A program made the translations under genes and the position numbers. Shown here in pieces: positions 12,601 through 27,600 of a stretch of DNA of 64,000 nucleotides. Numbering within the stretch: position 1 is the stretch's first letter; every line of letters begins with the position of its first letter. Source of the DNA: Eledone cirrhosa (taxonomy: Eukaryota); the NCBI GenBank assembly GCA_964016885.1, contig OZ024742.1, forward strand, positions 7,440,001-7,504,000. Direction: 5' to 3'. A model generated the notes under the pieces. That model was not told where the DNA came from, made no database searches, and saw only the letters and a program-made list of their open reading frames with translations.

Positions 12601-15600
12601 TGTGATATTATTGGTGGTGGTGTCTTTACTCTATAACTGTATGTGATATTATTGGTGGTGTCTTTACTCTATAACTTTATGTGATATTATTGGTGGTGGT
12701 GTCTTTACTATATAAGTGTATGTGATATTATTGGTGGTGGTGTCTTTACTCTATAACTGTATGTGATATTATTGGTGGTGTCTTTACTCTATAACTGTAT
12801 GTGATATTATTGGGGGGTCTTTACTCTATAACTGTATGTGATATTATTGCTGGTGTCTTTACTCTATAACTGTATGTGATATTATTGATGGTTTTGTATT
12901 TACTCTATAACTGTATCTGATATTATTGGTGGTGGTGTCTTTACTCTGTAACTGTATGTGATATTATTGGTGGGCTGTTTACTCTATAACTGTATGTGAT
13001 ATTACTGGTGGCAGCGTCTTTACTCTATAACTGTATGTGATATTATTGGTGGCAGTGTCTTTACTCTATAACTGTATCTGATATTATTGGTAGTGTCTCT
13101 ATTCTATAACTGTATGTGATATTATTGGTGGCGGTGTCTTTACTCTATAACTGTATGTGATATTAGTGGTGGCGGTGTCTTTACTCTCTAAATGTATGTG
13201 ATATTAGTGGTGGCGGTGTCTTTACTCTATAACTGTATGTGATATTATTGGTGGTGTCTTTACTCTATAACTCTATGCGATATTATTGGTGGTGGTGTCT
13301 TTACTCTATAACTGTATATGATATTATTGGTGGGGCGGTGGATTGGCAGTATCGGTAGAGGGTCGGACGCCATGCTTTCCAGCATAGTTACGTCCCTTTA
13401 CCATCCGAGTTCAAATCCCGCCGAGGTTGACTTTGCCTTTCATCCTTACGGGGTCGATAAAATAAAGTACCAGTAATGCACTGGTAATTGCTGGCCTTGT
13501 GCCTAAAGTAGAAACAATTATTGGTGGTGGTGTCTTTACTAAATAACTGTATGTGATATTATTGGTGGTGTCTTTACTCTATAACTGTATGTGATATTAT
13601 TGCTGGTGGTGTCTTTACTCTATAACTGTATGTGATATTATTGTTGGTGGTCTCTTTACTCTATAACTGTATTTGATATTATTGGTGATGGTGTCTTTAC
13701 CATATAACTGTATGTGATATTATTGGTGGTGGTGTCTTTACTCTATAACTGTATGTGATATTATTGCTGGTGGTGTCTTTACTCTATAACTGTATGTGAT
13801 ATTATTGTTGGTGGTCTCTTTACTCTATAACTGTATTTGATATTATTGGTGGTGGTGTCTTTACTCTATAACTGTATGTGATATTATTGGTGGTGGTGTC
13901 TTTACTCTATAACTGTATGTGATATTATTGGTGTTGGTGTCTTTACTATATAACTGTTTGTGATATTATTGGTGGTGTCTTTACTCTATAACTCTATGTG
14001 ACATTATTGGTGTTATCTTTACTCTATAACTGTATGTGATAATATTGGTGGGTCTTTACTCTATAACTGTATGTGACGTTATTGGTGGTGGTGTCTTTAC
14101 TCTGTAACTGAATGTGATATTATTGGTGGTGCTCTCTTTACTCTATAAATCTATGTGATATTATTGGTGGGTTCTTTACACTATAACTGTATTTGATATT
14201 ATTGGTGGTGGTGTCTTTACTCTATAATTGTATGTGATATTATGAGTTGTGTCTTTACTCTATAACTGTATGTGATATTATTGGTGGTGGTGTCTTTACT
14301 CCATAACTGTATGTGATATTATTGGTGGTGTCTTTACTATATAACTGTATGTGATATTATTGGTGGTGTCTTTACTTTATAACTGTATGTGATATTATTG
14401 GTGGTGGTGTCTTTACTCCATAACTGTATGTGATATTATTGGTGGGGTCTTTACTCTATAAGTGTATGTGATATTATTGGTGATGTCTTTACTCTATAAC
14501 TGTATGTGATATTATTGGTGGTCGTGTCTTTACTCTATAACTGTATGTGGTATTATTGGTGGTGGTGTATTTACTCTATAACTGTATGTGATATTATTGG
14601 TGGTGTCTTTACTATATAACTGTATGCGATATTACTGGTGGTGGTGTCTTTACTCTATAACTGTATGTCATACTATTGCTGGTGGTGTCTTTATTCTATA
14701 ACTGTATATGATATTATTGGTGGTGGTGTCTTTATTCTATAACTGTATGTGATATTATTGGTGGGGTCTTTACTCTATAAGTGTATGTGATATTATTGGT
14801 GACGTCTTTACTCTATAAGTGTATGTGATATTACTGGTGGTGGTGTCTTTAATCTATAACTGTATGTGATATTATTGGGGATGGTGTCTTTACCCTATAA
14901 CTGTATGTGATATTATTGGGGATGGTGTCTTTACTATATAAGTGTATGTGATATTATTAGTGGTGGTGTCTTTACTCTATAACTGTATGTCATACTATTG
15001 CTGGTGGTGTCTTTACTCTACAACTGTATGTGATATTATTGGTGGGGTCTTTACTCTATAACTGTATCTGATATTATTGCTGGTGTCTTTACTCTATAAC
15101 AAGTATATGTTATTATTGGTGGGGTCTTTACTCTATAACTGTATGTGATATTATTGGGGGGTCTTTACTCTATAACTGTATGTGATATTATTGCTGGTGT
15201 CTTTACTTCATAACTGTAAGTGATTTTATTGGTGGTTTTGTCTTTACTCTATAACTGTATGTGATATTATTGGTGGGGTGTTTACTCTATAACAGTATGT
15301 GATATTATTGGTGGTGTCTTTACTTTATAACTGTATGTGATATTATTGGTAGGGTCTTTATTCTATAACTGTATGTAATATTATTGGTGGTGGTGTCTTT
15401 ACTCTATAACTGTATCTGATATTATTGGTAGTGTCTTTATTCTATAACTGTATGTGATATTGTTGGTGTTGGTGTCTTTACTCTGTAACTATATGTGATA
15501 TTATTGGTGGGCTGTTTACTCTATAACTGTATGTGATATTATTGGTGGCGGCGTCTTTACTCTATAACTGTATGTGATATTATTGGTGGCAGTGTCTTTA

Positions 15601-18600
15601 CTCTATAAATGTATCTGATATTATTGGTAGTTTCTTTATTCTATAACTGTATGTGATATTATTGGTGGTGTCTTTACTCTATAACTGTATGTGAAATTAT
15701 TGGTGGGGTCTTTACTCTATAACTGTATGTGATGTTATTGGTGGTAGTGTCTTCACTCTATAACTTAATGTGATAATATTGGTGGTGTCTTTACTCTATA
15801 ACTGTATGTGACATTATTGGTGGTATCTTTACTCTATAACTGTATGTGATATTATTGGTGGTATCTTTACTCTATAACTGTATGTGATATTATTGGTGGT
15901 GGTGTCTTTACTCTGTAACTGAATGTGATATTATTGGTGGTGTCGTTACTCTATAACTGTATGTGATATTATTGGTGGTGTTCTCTTTACTCTATAACTC
16001 TATGTGATATTATTGGTGGGTTCTTTACTCTATAATTGTATGTGATATTATAGGTGTTGTCTTTACTCTATAATTGTATGTGATATTATTAGTTGTGTCT
16101 TTACTCTATAACTCTATGTGATATTATTGGTGGTGGTGTCTTTATTCTATAACTCTATGTGATATTATCGGTGATGTCTTTACTCTATAACTGTATGTGA
16201 TATTATTGGTGGTGGTGTCTTTACTCTATAACTGTATGTGATACTATTGCTGGTGGTGTCTTTATTCTATAACTGTATGTGATATTATTGGTGGGGTCTT
16301 TACTATATAACTGTATGTGATACTATTGGTGGTGGTGTCTTTACTCTATAACTGTATGTGATATTATTGGTGGGGTCTTTACTCTATAACTGTATGTGAT
16401 ATTATTGGGGTGTCTTTACTCTATAACTGTATGTGATATTATTGCTGGTGTCTTTACTTCATAAATGTATGTGATATTATTGGTGGTTTTGTCTTTACTC
16501 TATAACTGTATGTGATATTATTGGTGGGGTCTTTACTCTATAACTGTATGTGATATCATTGGTGGTGGTGTCTTTACTCTATAACTGTGTGTGATATTAT
16601 TGGTGGCAGTGTCTTTACTCTATAACTGTATCTGATATTATTGGTAGTGTCTTTATTCTATAATTGTATGTGATATTATTGGTGTTGGTGTCTTTACTCT
16701 GTACCTGTATGTGATATTATTGGTGGGCTGTTTACTCTATAACTGTATGTGATATTATTGGTGGCGGCGTCTTTACTCTATAACTGTATGTGATATTATT
16801 GGTGGCAGTGTCTTTACTCTATAACTGTATCTGATATTATTGGTAGTGTCTTTATTCTATAACTGTATGTGATATTATTGGTGGTGGTGTCTTTACTCTA
16901 TAAATGTATGTGATATTAGTGGTGGCGGTGTCTTTACTCTATAACTGTATGTGAAATTATTGGTGGTGTCTTTACTCTAAAACTGTATGGGATATTATCG
17001 GTGGTGGTGTCTTTACTCTGTAACTGTATGTGATATTATTGGTGGTGGCATCTTTACTCTAAAACTGTATGTGATATTATTGGTGGTGGTGTCTTTACTC
17101 TGTAACTGTATGTGATATTATTGGTGGTGGTGTCTTTACTCTGTAACTGCATGTGATATTATTGGTGGTGGTGTCTTTACTCTATAAGTGTATGTGATAT
17201 TACTGGTGCTGGTGTCTTTACTCTATAACTGTATGTGATACTATTGGTGGTGGTGTCTTTACTCTATAACTGTATGTGATATTATTGGTGGTGTCTTTAT
17301 TCTATAACTGTATGTGATATTATTGGTGGTGTCTTTACTCTATAACTTTATGTGATATTATAGGTGGTGGTGTCTTTACTCTATAACTGTATGTGATATT
17401 ATTGGTGGTGGTGTCTTTACCCTATAACTGTATGTGATATTATTGGTGGTGGTGTCTTTATTCTATAACTGTATGTGATATTATAGGTGGTGTCTTTACT
17501 CTATAACTGTATGTGATATTATTGGTGGTGTCTTTACTCTATAACTGTATGTGATATTATTGGTGGTGTCTTTACTCTAAAACTGTATGTGATATTATTG
17601 GTGGTGGTGTCTTTACTCTATAACTGTATGTGATATTATTGGTGGTGGTGTCTTTACTCTGTAACTGAATATGATATTATTGGTGGTGTCGTTACTCTAT
17701 AACTGTATGTGATATTATTGGTGGTGTTCTCTTTACTCTATAACTCTATCTGATATTATTGGTGGGTTCTTTACTCTATAATTGTATGTGATATTATAGG
17801 TGGGTTCTTTACTCTATAACTGTATGTGATATTATTAGTGGTGTCTTTAATCTATAACTGTATGTGATATTATTGTTGGTGGTGTCTTTACTCTATAACT
17901 GTATGTGATACTATTGCTGGTGGTGTCTTTACTCTATAACTGTATGTGATATTATTGGTGGTGTCTTTACTCTATAACTTTATGTGATATTATTGGTGGT
18001 GGTGTCTTTACTCTATAACTGTATGTGATATTATTGGTCATGGTGTCTTTACACTATAACTGTATGTGATATTATTGGTGGTGGTGTCTTTACTCTATAA
18101 GTGTATGTGATATTACTGGTGGTGGTGTCTTTACTCTATAACTGTATGTGATACTATTGGTGGTGGTGTATTACTCTATAACTGTATGTGTTATTATTGG
18201 TGGTGTCTTTACTCTATAACTGTATGTGATATTATTGGTGGTGTCTTTACTCTATAACTTTATGTAATATTATTGGTGGTGGTGTCTTTACTCTATAACT
18301 GTTTGTGATATTATTGGTGGTGGTGTCTTTACTCTATAACTGTATGTGATATTATTGGTGATGGTGTCTTTACCCTATAACTGTATGTGATATTATTGGT
18401 GGTGGTGTCTTTACTCTATAACTGTATGTCATATTATTGGTGCCGGTGTCTTTACTCGATAACTGTATGTGATATTATTGGTGGTGTCTTTACTATATAA
18501 CTGTATGTGATATTATTGGTGGTGTCTTTACTCTATAACTGTATGTGATATTATTGGTGGTGTCTTTACTATATAACTGTATGTGATATTATTGGTGGTG

Positions 18601-21600
18601 TCTTTACTATATAACTGTATGTGATATTATTGGTGGTGTCTTTACTATATAACTGTATCTGATATTATTGGTAGTGTCTTTATTCTATAACTGTATGTGA
18701 TATTATTGGTGGTGGTCTCTTTACTCTATAACTGTATGTGATATTATTGGGGATGGTGTCTTTACTCTATATCTGTATGTGATATTATTGGTGGCAGTGT
18801 CTTTACTCTATAACTGTATTTGATATTATTGGTGGTGGTGTCTTTACTCTATAAATGTATGTGATATTAGTGGTGGCGGTGTCTTTACCCTATAACTGTA
18901 TGTGATATTATTGGTGGTGTCTTTACTCTATAACTGTATGTGATATTATTGCTGGTGGTGTCTTTACTATATAACAGTATGTGATATTATTGGTGGAGGT
19001 GTCTTTACTCCATAACTGTATGTGATATTATTGGTGATGGTGTCTTTACCCTATAACTGAATGTGATATTACTGGTGGTGGTGTCTTTACTCTATAACTC
19101 TATGCGATATTATAAGTGGAAGTGTCTTTACTCTATAACTGTATGTGAAATTATTGGTGATGGTGTCTTTACCCTATAACTGTATGTGATATTATTGGTG
19201 GTGTCTTTACTCTATAACTGTATGTGACATTATTTGTGGGGTCTTTACTCTATAACTGAATGTTATATTATTGTTGGTGGTGTCTTTACTCTGTAACTGT
19301 ACGTGATATTATTGGTGGTGTTCTCTTTATTCTATAACTCTATCTGATATTATTGGTGGGTTCTTTACTCTATAATTGTATGTGATATTATAGGTATTGT
19401 CTTTACTCTATAATTGTATGTGATATTATTGGTGGGGGCTTTACTCTATAACTGTATGTGATATTATTAGTGGTGTCTTTAATCTATAACTGTATGTGAT
19501 ATTATTGTTGGAGGTGTCTTTACTCTATTACTGTATGTGATATTATTTTTGGTGGTGTCTTTACTCTATAACTGTATGTGATATTATTGGTGGTGGTGTC
19601 TTTACTCTGTAACTTTATGTGATATTATTGGTGGTGGTGTCTTTACTCTATAAGTGTATGTGATATTACTGGTGATGTTGTCTTTACTCTATAACTGTAT
19701 GTGATACTATTGGTGGTGGTGTATTTACTCTATAACTGTATGTGATATTATTGGTGGTGTCTTTACTCTATAACTGTATGTGATATTATTGGTGGTGTCT
19801 TTACTCTATAACTTTATGTGATATTATTGGTGGTGGTGTCTTTACTCTATAACTGTTTGTGATATTATTGGTGGTGGTGTCTTTACTCTGTAACTGAATG
19901 TGATATTATTGGTGGTGTCGTTACTCTATAACTGTATGTGATATTATTGGTGGTGTCGTTACTCTATAACTGTATGTGATATTATTGGTGGTGTTCTCTT
20001 TACTCTATAACTCTATCTGATATTATTGGTGGTATCTTTACTCTATAATTGTATGTGATATTATAGGTATTGTCTTTACTCTATAATTGTATGTGATATT
20101 ATTGGTGGGGTCTTTACTCTATAACTGTATGTGATATTATTAGTGGTGTCTTTAATCTATAACTGTATGTGATATTATTGTTGGTGGTGTCTTTACTCTA
20201 TTACTGTATGTGATATTATTGTTGGTGGTGTCTTTACTCTATAACTGTATGTGATATTATTGGTGGTGTCTTTACTCTATAACTTTATGTGATATTATTG
20301 GTGGTGGTGTCTTTACTCTATAACTGTTTGTGATATTATTGGTGGTGGTGTCTTTACTCTATAACTGTATGTGATATTATTGGTGATGGTGTCTTTACCC
20401 TATAACTGTATGTGATATTATTGGTGGTGGTGTCTTTACTCTATAACTGTATGTGATATTATTGGTGGTGGTGTTTTTACTCGATAAATGTATGTGATAT
20501 TATTGGTGGTGTCTTTACTCTATAACTGTATCTGATATTATTGGTGGTGTCTTTACTCTATAACTGTATGTGATATTATTGGTGGTGTCTTTACTATATA
20601 ACTGTATGTGATATTATTGGTGGTGTCTTTACTATATAACTGTATGTGATATTATTGGTGGTGTCTTTACTATATAACTGTATGTGATATTATTGGTGGC
20701 AGTGTCTTTACTCTATAACTATATCTGATATTATTGGTAGTGTCTTTATTCTATAACTGTATGTGATATTATTGGTGGTGGTCTCTTTACTCTATAACTG
20801 TATGTGATATTATTGGGGATGGTGTCTTTACTCTATATCTGTATGTGATATTATTGGTGGCAGTGTCTTTACTCTATAACTGTATTTGATATTATTGGTG
20901 GTGGTGTCTTTACTCTATAAATGTATGTGATATTAGTGGTGGCGGTGTCTTTACCCTATAACTGTATGTGATATTATTGGTGGTGTCTTTACTCTATAAC
21001 TGTATGTGATATTATTGCTGGTGGTGTCTTTACTATATAACTGTATGTGATATTATTGGTGGTGGTGTCTTTACTCTATAACTGTATGTGATATTATTGG
21101 TGATGGTGTCTTTACCCTATAACTGTATGTGATATTATTGGTGGTGGTGTCTTTACTCTATAACTCTATGCGATATTATAAGTGGAAGTGTCTTTACTCT
21201 ATAACTGTATGTGAAATTATTGGTGGGTTCTTTACTCTATATCTGTATGTGATATTATTGGTGGCAGTGTCTTTACTCTATAACTGTATGTGATATTATT
21301 GGTGGTGGTGTCTTTACTCTATAAGTGTATGTGATATTACTGGTGGTGGTGTCTTTACTCTATAACCATATGTGATACTATTGGTGGTGGTGTCTTTACT
21401 CTATAACTGTATGTGATATTATTGGTGGTGGTGTCTTTACTCTGTAACAGTATGTGATATTATTGGTGGTGGTGTCTTTACTCTATAAGTGTATGTGATA
21501 TTACTGGTGCTGGTGTCTTTACTCTATAACTGTATGTGATACTATTGGTGGTGGTGTCTTTACTCTATAACTGTATGTGATACTATTGGTGGTGGTGTCT

Positions 21601-24600
21601 TTACTCTATAACCGTATGTGATACTATTGCTGGTGGTGTCTTTACTCTATAACTGTATGTGATATTATTGGTGGTGTCTTTATTCTATAACTGTATGTGA
21701 TATTATTGGTGGTGTCTTTACTCTATAACTTTATGTGATATTATAGGTGGTGGTGTCTTTACTCTATAACTGTATGTGATATTATTGGTGGTGTTGTCTT
21801 TACCCTATAACTGTATGTGATATTATTGGTGGTGGTGTCTTTACTCTATAACTGTATGTGATATTATTGGTGGTGTCTTTACTCTATAACTGTATCTGAT
21901 ATTATTGGTTGTGTCTTTATTCTATAACTGTATGTGATATTATTGGTGGTGGTGTCTTTACTCTATATCTGTATGTGATATTATTGGTCGCAGTGTCTTT
22001 ACTCTATAACTGTATCTGATATTATTGGTTGTGTCTTTATTCTATAACTGTATGTGATATTATTGGTGGTGGTGTCTTTACTCTATAAATGTATGTGATA
22101 TTATTGGTGGTGTCTTTACTCTATAACTGTATGTGATATTATTGCTGGTGGTGTCTTTACTCTATAACTGTATGTGATATTATTGGTGGTGGTGTCTTTA
22201 CTCTATAACTGTATGTGATATTATTGGTGATGGTGTCTTTACCCTATAACTGTATGTGATATTATTGGTGGTGGTGTCTTTACTCTATAACTCTATGCGA
22301 TATTATAGGTGGAAGTGTCTTTACTCTATAACTGTATGTGATATTATTGGTGGTGGTGTTTTTACTCTATAACTATATGTGATATTATTGGTGATGGTGT
22401 CTTTACCCTATAACTGTATGTGATATTATTGGTGGTGGTGTCTTTACTCTATAACTCTATGCGATATTATAAGTGGAAGTGTCTTTACTCTATAACTGTA
22501 TGTGATATTATTGGTGATGGTGTCTTTACCCTATAACTGTATGTGATATTATTGGTGGTGGTGTCTTTACTCTATAACTCTATCCGATATTATAAGTGGA
22601 AGTGTCTTTACTCTATAACTGTATGTGATATTATTGTTGGTGGTGTCTTTACTCTATAACTCTATGTGATATTATTGGTGGTGGTGTCTTTACTCTGTAA
22701 CTGTATGTGATATTATTGGTGGTGTCGTCTTTACTTTATAACTGTATGTGATACTATTGCTGGCGGTGTCTTTACTCTATTACTGTATGTGATATTATTG
22801 CTGTTGGTGTCTTTACTCTATAACTGTATGTGATATTATTGGTGGTGTCTTTACTCTAAAACTGTATGTGATATTATTGGTGGTGGTGTCTTTACTCTAT
22901 AACTGTATGTGATATTATTGTTGGTGTCTTTACTCTAAAACTGTATGTGTTATTATTGGTGGTGGTGTCTTTACTCTGTAACTGTATGTGATATTATTGG
23001 TGGTGGCGTCTTTACTCTATAACTGTATGTGTTACTATTGCTGTTGGTGTCTTTACTCTATAACTGCATGTGATATTATTGGTGGTGGTGTCTTTACTCT
23101 GTAACTGTATGTGATATTATTGGTGGTGGTGTCTTTACTCTATAAGTGTATGTGATATTACTGGTGGTGGTGTCTTTACTCTATAACTGTATGTGATATT
23201 ATTGGTGATGGTGTATTTACCCTATAACTGTATCTGATATTATTGGTGGCGGTGTCTTTACTCTATAACTGTATATGATATTATTGGTGTTGGTGTCTTT
23301 ACTCTATAACTGTATGTGATATTATTGGTGGTGTCTTTACTCTATAACTGTATGTGATACTATTGGTGGTGGTGTCTTTACTCTATAACTGTATGTGATA
23401 TTATTGGTGTTGTCTTTATTCTATAACTGTATGTGATATTATTGGTGGTGTCTTTACTCTATAACTTTATGTGATATTATAGGTGGTGGTGTCTTTACTC
23501 TATAACTGTATGTGATATTATTGGTGGTGTTGTCTTTACCCTATAACTGTATGTGATATTATTGGTGGTGGTGTCTTTACTCTATAACTGTATGTGATAT
23601 TATTGGTGGTGTCTTTACTCTATAACTGTATGTGATATTATTGGTGGTGTCTTTACTCTATAAGTGTATGTGATATTATTGGTGGTGGTGTCTTTACTCT
23701 ATATCTGTATGTGATATTATTGGTGGCAGTGTCTTTACTCTATAACTGTATTTGATATTATTGGTGGTGGTGTCTTTACTCTATAAATGTACGTGATATT
23801 ATTGGTGGTGTCTTTACTCTATAACTGTATGTGATATTATTGCTGGTGTTGTCTTTACTCTATAACTGTATGTGATATTATTGGTGGTGGTGTCTTTACT
23901 CTATAACTGTATGTGATATTATTGGTGATGGTGTCTTTACCCTATAACTGTATGTGATATTATTGGTGGTGGTGTCTTTACTCTATAACTCTATGCGATA
24001 TTATAGGTGGAAGTGTCTTTACTCTATAACTGTATGTGATATTATTGGTGGTGGTGTTTTTGCTCTATAACTATATGTGATATTATTGGTGATGGTGTCT
24101 TTACCCTATAACTGTATGTGATATTATTGGTGGTGGTGTCTTTACTCTATAACTCTATGCGATATTATAAGTGGAAGTGTCTTTACTCTATAACTGTATG
24201 TGATATTATTGGTGATGGTGTCTTTACCCTATAACTGTATGTGATATTATTGGTGGTGGTGTCTTTACTCTATAACTCTATCCGATATTATAAGTGGAAG
24301 TGTCTTTACTCTATATCTGTATGTGATATTATTGTCGGTGGTGTCTTTACTCTATAACTCTATGTGATATTATTGGTGGTGGTGTCATTACTCTGTAACT
24401 GTATGTGATATTATTGGTGGTGTCGTCTTTACTTTATAACTGTATGTGATACTATTGCTGGCGGTGTCTTTACTCTATTACTGTATGTGATATTATTGTT
24501 GGTGGTGTCTTTACTCTATAACTGTATGTGATATTATTGGTGGTGTCTTTACTCTAAAACTGTATGTGATATTATTGGTTGTGGTGTCTTTACTCTATAA

Positions 24601-27600
24601 CTGTATGTGATATTATTGTTGGTGTCTTTACTCTAAAACTGTATGTGTTATTATTGCTGGCGGTGTCTTTACTCTATTACTGTATGTGATATTATTGTTG
24701 GTGGTGTCTTTACTCTATAACTGTATGTGATATTATTGGTGGTGTCTTTACTCTAAAACTGTATGTGATATTATTGGTTGTGGTGTCTTTACTCTATAAC
24801 TGTATGTGATATTATTGTTGGTGTCTTTACTCTAAAACTGTATGTGTTATTATTGCTGGCGGTGTCTTTACTCTATTACTGTATGTGATATTATTGTTGG
24901 TGGTGTCTTTACTCTATAACTGTATGTGATATTATTGGTGGTGTCTTTACTCTATAACTGTATGTGATACTATTGCTGTTGGTGTCTTTACTCTATAACT
25001 GCATGTGATATTATTGGTGGTGGTGTCTTTACTCTGTAACTGTATGTGATATTATTGGTGGTGGTGTCTTTACTCTATAAGTGTATGTGATATTACTGGT
25101 GGTGGTGTCTTTACTCTATAACTGTATCTGATATTATTGGTGGCGGTGTCTTTACTCTATAACTGTATATGATATTATTGGTGGTGGTGTCTTTACTCTA
25201 TAACTGTATGTGATATTATTGGTGGTGTCTTTACTCTATAACTGTATGTGATATTATTGGTGGTGGTGTCTTTATTCTATAACTGTATGTGATATTATTG
25301 GTGGTGTCTTTACTCTATAACTGTATGTGACATTATTTGTGGGGTCTTTACTCTATAACTGAATGTTATATTATTGGTGGTGTCTTTACACTATAACTCT
25401 ATGTGATATTATTGGGGGGTCTTTACTCTATAACTGTATGTGATATTATTGGTGGTGGTGTCTTTACTCTGTAACTGAATATGATATTATTGGTGGTGTC
25501 GTTACTCTATAACTGTATGTGATATTATTGGTGGTGTTCTCTTTACTCTATAACTCTATCTGATATTATTGGTGGGTTCTTTACTCTATAATTGTATGTG
25601 ATATTATTGGTGGGGTCTTTACTCTATAACTGTATGTGATATTATTACTGGTGTCTTTAATCTATAACTGTATGTGATATTATTGTTGGTGGTGTCTTTA
25701 CTCTATAACTGTATGTGATATTATTGGTGGTGGTGTCTTTACTCTGTAACTTTATGTGATATTATTGGTGGTGGTGTCTTTACTCTATAAGTGTATGTGA
25801 TATCACTGGTGATGTTGTCTTTACTCTATAACTGTATGTGATACTATTGCTGGTGGTGTCTTTACTCTATAACTGTATGTGATATTATTGGTGGTGTCTT
25901 TACTCTAAAACTGTATGTGATATTATTGGTGGTGTCTTTACTCTATAACTTTATGTGATATTATTGGTGGTGGTGTCTTTACTCTATAACCGTATGTGAT
26001 ATTATTGGTGGTGGTGTCTTTACTCTATAACTGTATGTGATATTATTGGTGGTGTCTTTACTCTATAACTGTATGTGAGATTATTGCTGGTGGTGTCTTT
26101 ACTATATAATTGTATGTGATATTATTGGTGGTGGTGTCTTTACTCTATAACTGTATGTGATATTATTGGTGATGGTGTCTTTACCCTATAACTGTATGTG
26201 ATATTATTGGTGGTGGTGTCTTTACTCTATAACTCTATGCGATATTATAAGTGGAAGTGTCTTTACTCTATAACTGTATGTGAAATTATTGGTGGGTTTT
26301 TTACTCTATAACTTTATGTGATATTATTGGTGATGGTGTCTTTACCCTATAACTGTATGTGATATTATTGGTGGTGGTGTCTTTACTCTATAACTGTATG
26401 TGATATTATTGGTAGTGGTGTCTTTACTCTATAACTGTACGTAATATTATTGGTGGTGTCTTTACTATATAACTGTATGTGATATTATTGGTGGTGTCTT
26501 TACTCTATAACTGTATGTGATATTATTGCTGGTGGTGTCTTTACTCTATAACTGTATGTGATATTATTGCTGGTGGTGTCTTTACTCTATAACTGTATGT
26601 GATATTATTGGTAATGGTGTCTTTACCCTATAACTGTATGTGATATTATTGTTGGTGGTGTCTTTACTCTATAACTGTATGTGATATTATTGGTGGTGTC
26701 TTTACTCTATAACTGTATGTGTTATTATTGGTGGTGGTGTCTTTATTCTATAACTGTATGTGATATTATTGGTGGTGTCTTTACTCTATAACTGTATGTG
26801 ACATTATTTGTGGGGTCTTTACTCTATAACTGAATGTTATATTACTGGTGGTGGTGTCTTTACTCTGTAACTGAATGTGATATTATTGGTGGTGTCGTTA
26901 CTCTATAACTGTACGTGATATTATTGGTGGTGTTCTCTTTATTCTATAACTCTATCTGATATTATTGGTGGGTTCTTTACTCTATAATTGTATGTGATAT
27001 TATTAGTGGTGTCTTTAATCTATAACTGTATGTGATATTATTGTTGGTGGTGTCTTTACTCTATAACTGTATGCGATATTATTGGTGGTGGTGTCTTTAC
27101 TCTGTAAACTTTATGTGATATTATTGGTGGTGGTGTCTTTACTCTATAAGTGTATGTGATATTACTGGTGATGTTGTCTTTACTCTATAACTGTATGTGA
27201 TATTATTGGTGGTGTCTTTACTCTATAACTGTATGTGATATTATTGGTGGTGTCTTTACTCTATAACTTTATGTGATACTATTGGTGGTGGTGTCTTTAC
27301 TCTATAACTGTATGTGATATTATTGGTGGTGGTGTATTTACTCTATAACTGTATGTGATATTATTGGGGATGGTGTCTTTATACTATAACTGTATGTGAT
27401 ATTATTGGTGGTGGTCTCTTTACTCTATAACTGTATGTGATATTATTGGTGGTGGTGTCTTTACTCTATAACTGTATGTTATATTATTGGTGGTGTCTTT
27501 ACTCTATAACTGTATGTGATATTATTGGTGGTGTCTTTACTCTATAACTTTATGTGATATTATTGGTGGTGGTGTCTTTACTCTATAACTGTTTGTGATA

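Noticed and set aside
13334-13425. tRNA gene (A and B boxes)
   Set aside because: No cloverleaf is evident. The head continues into a SINE body and tail with a target-site duplication and is multi-copy in the window.
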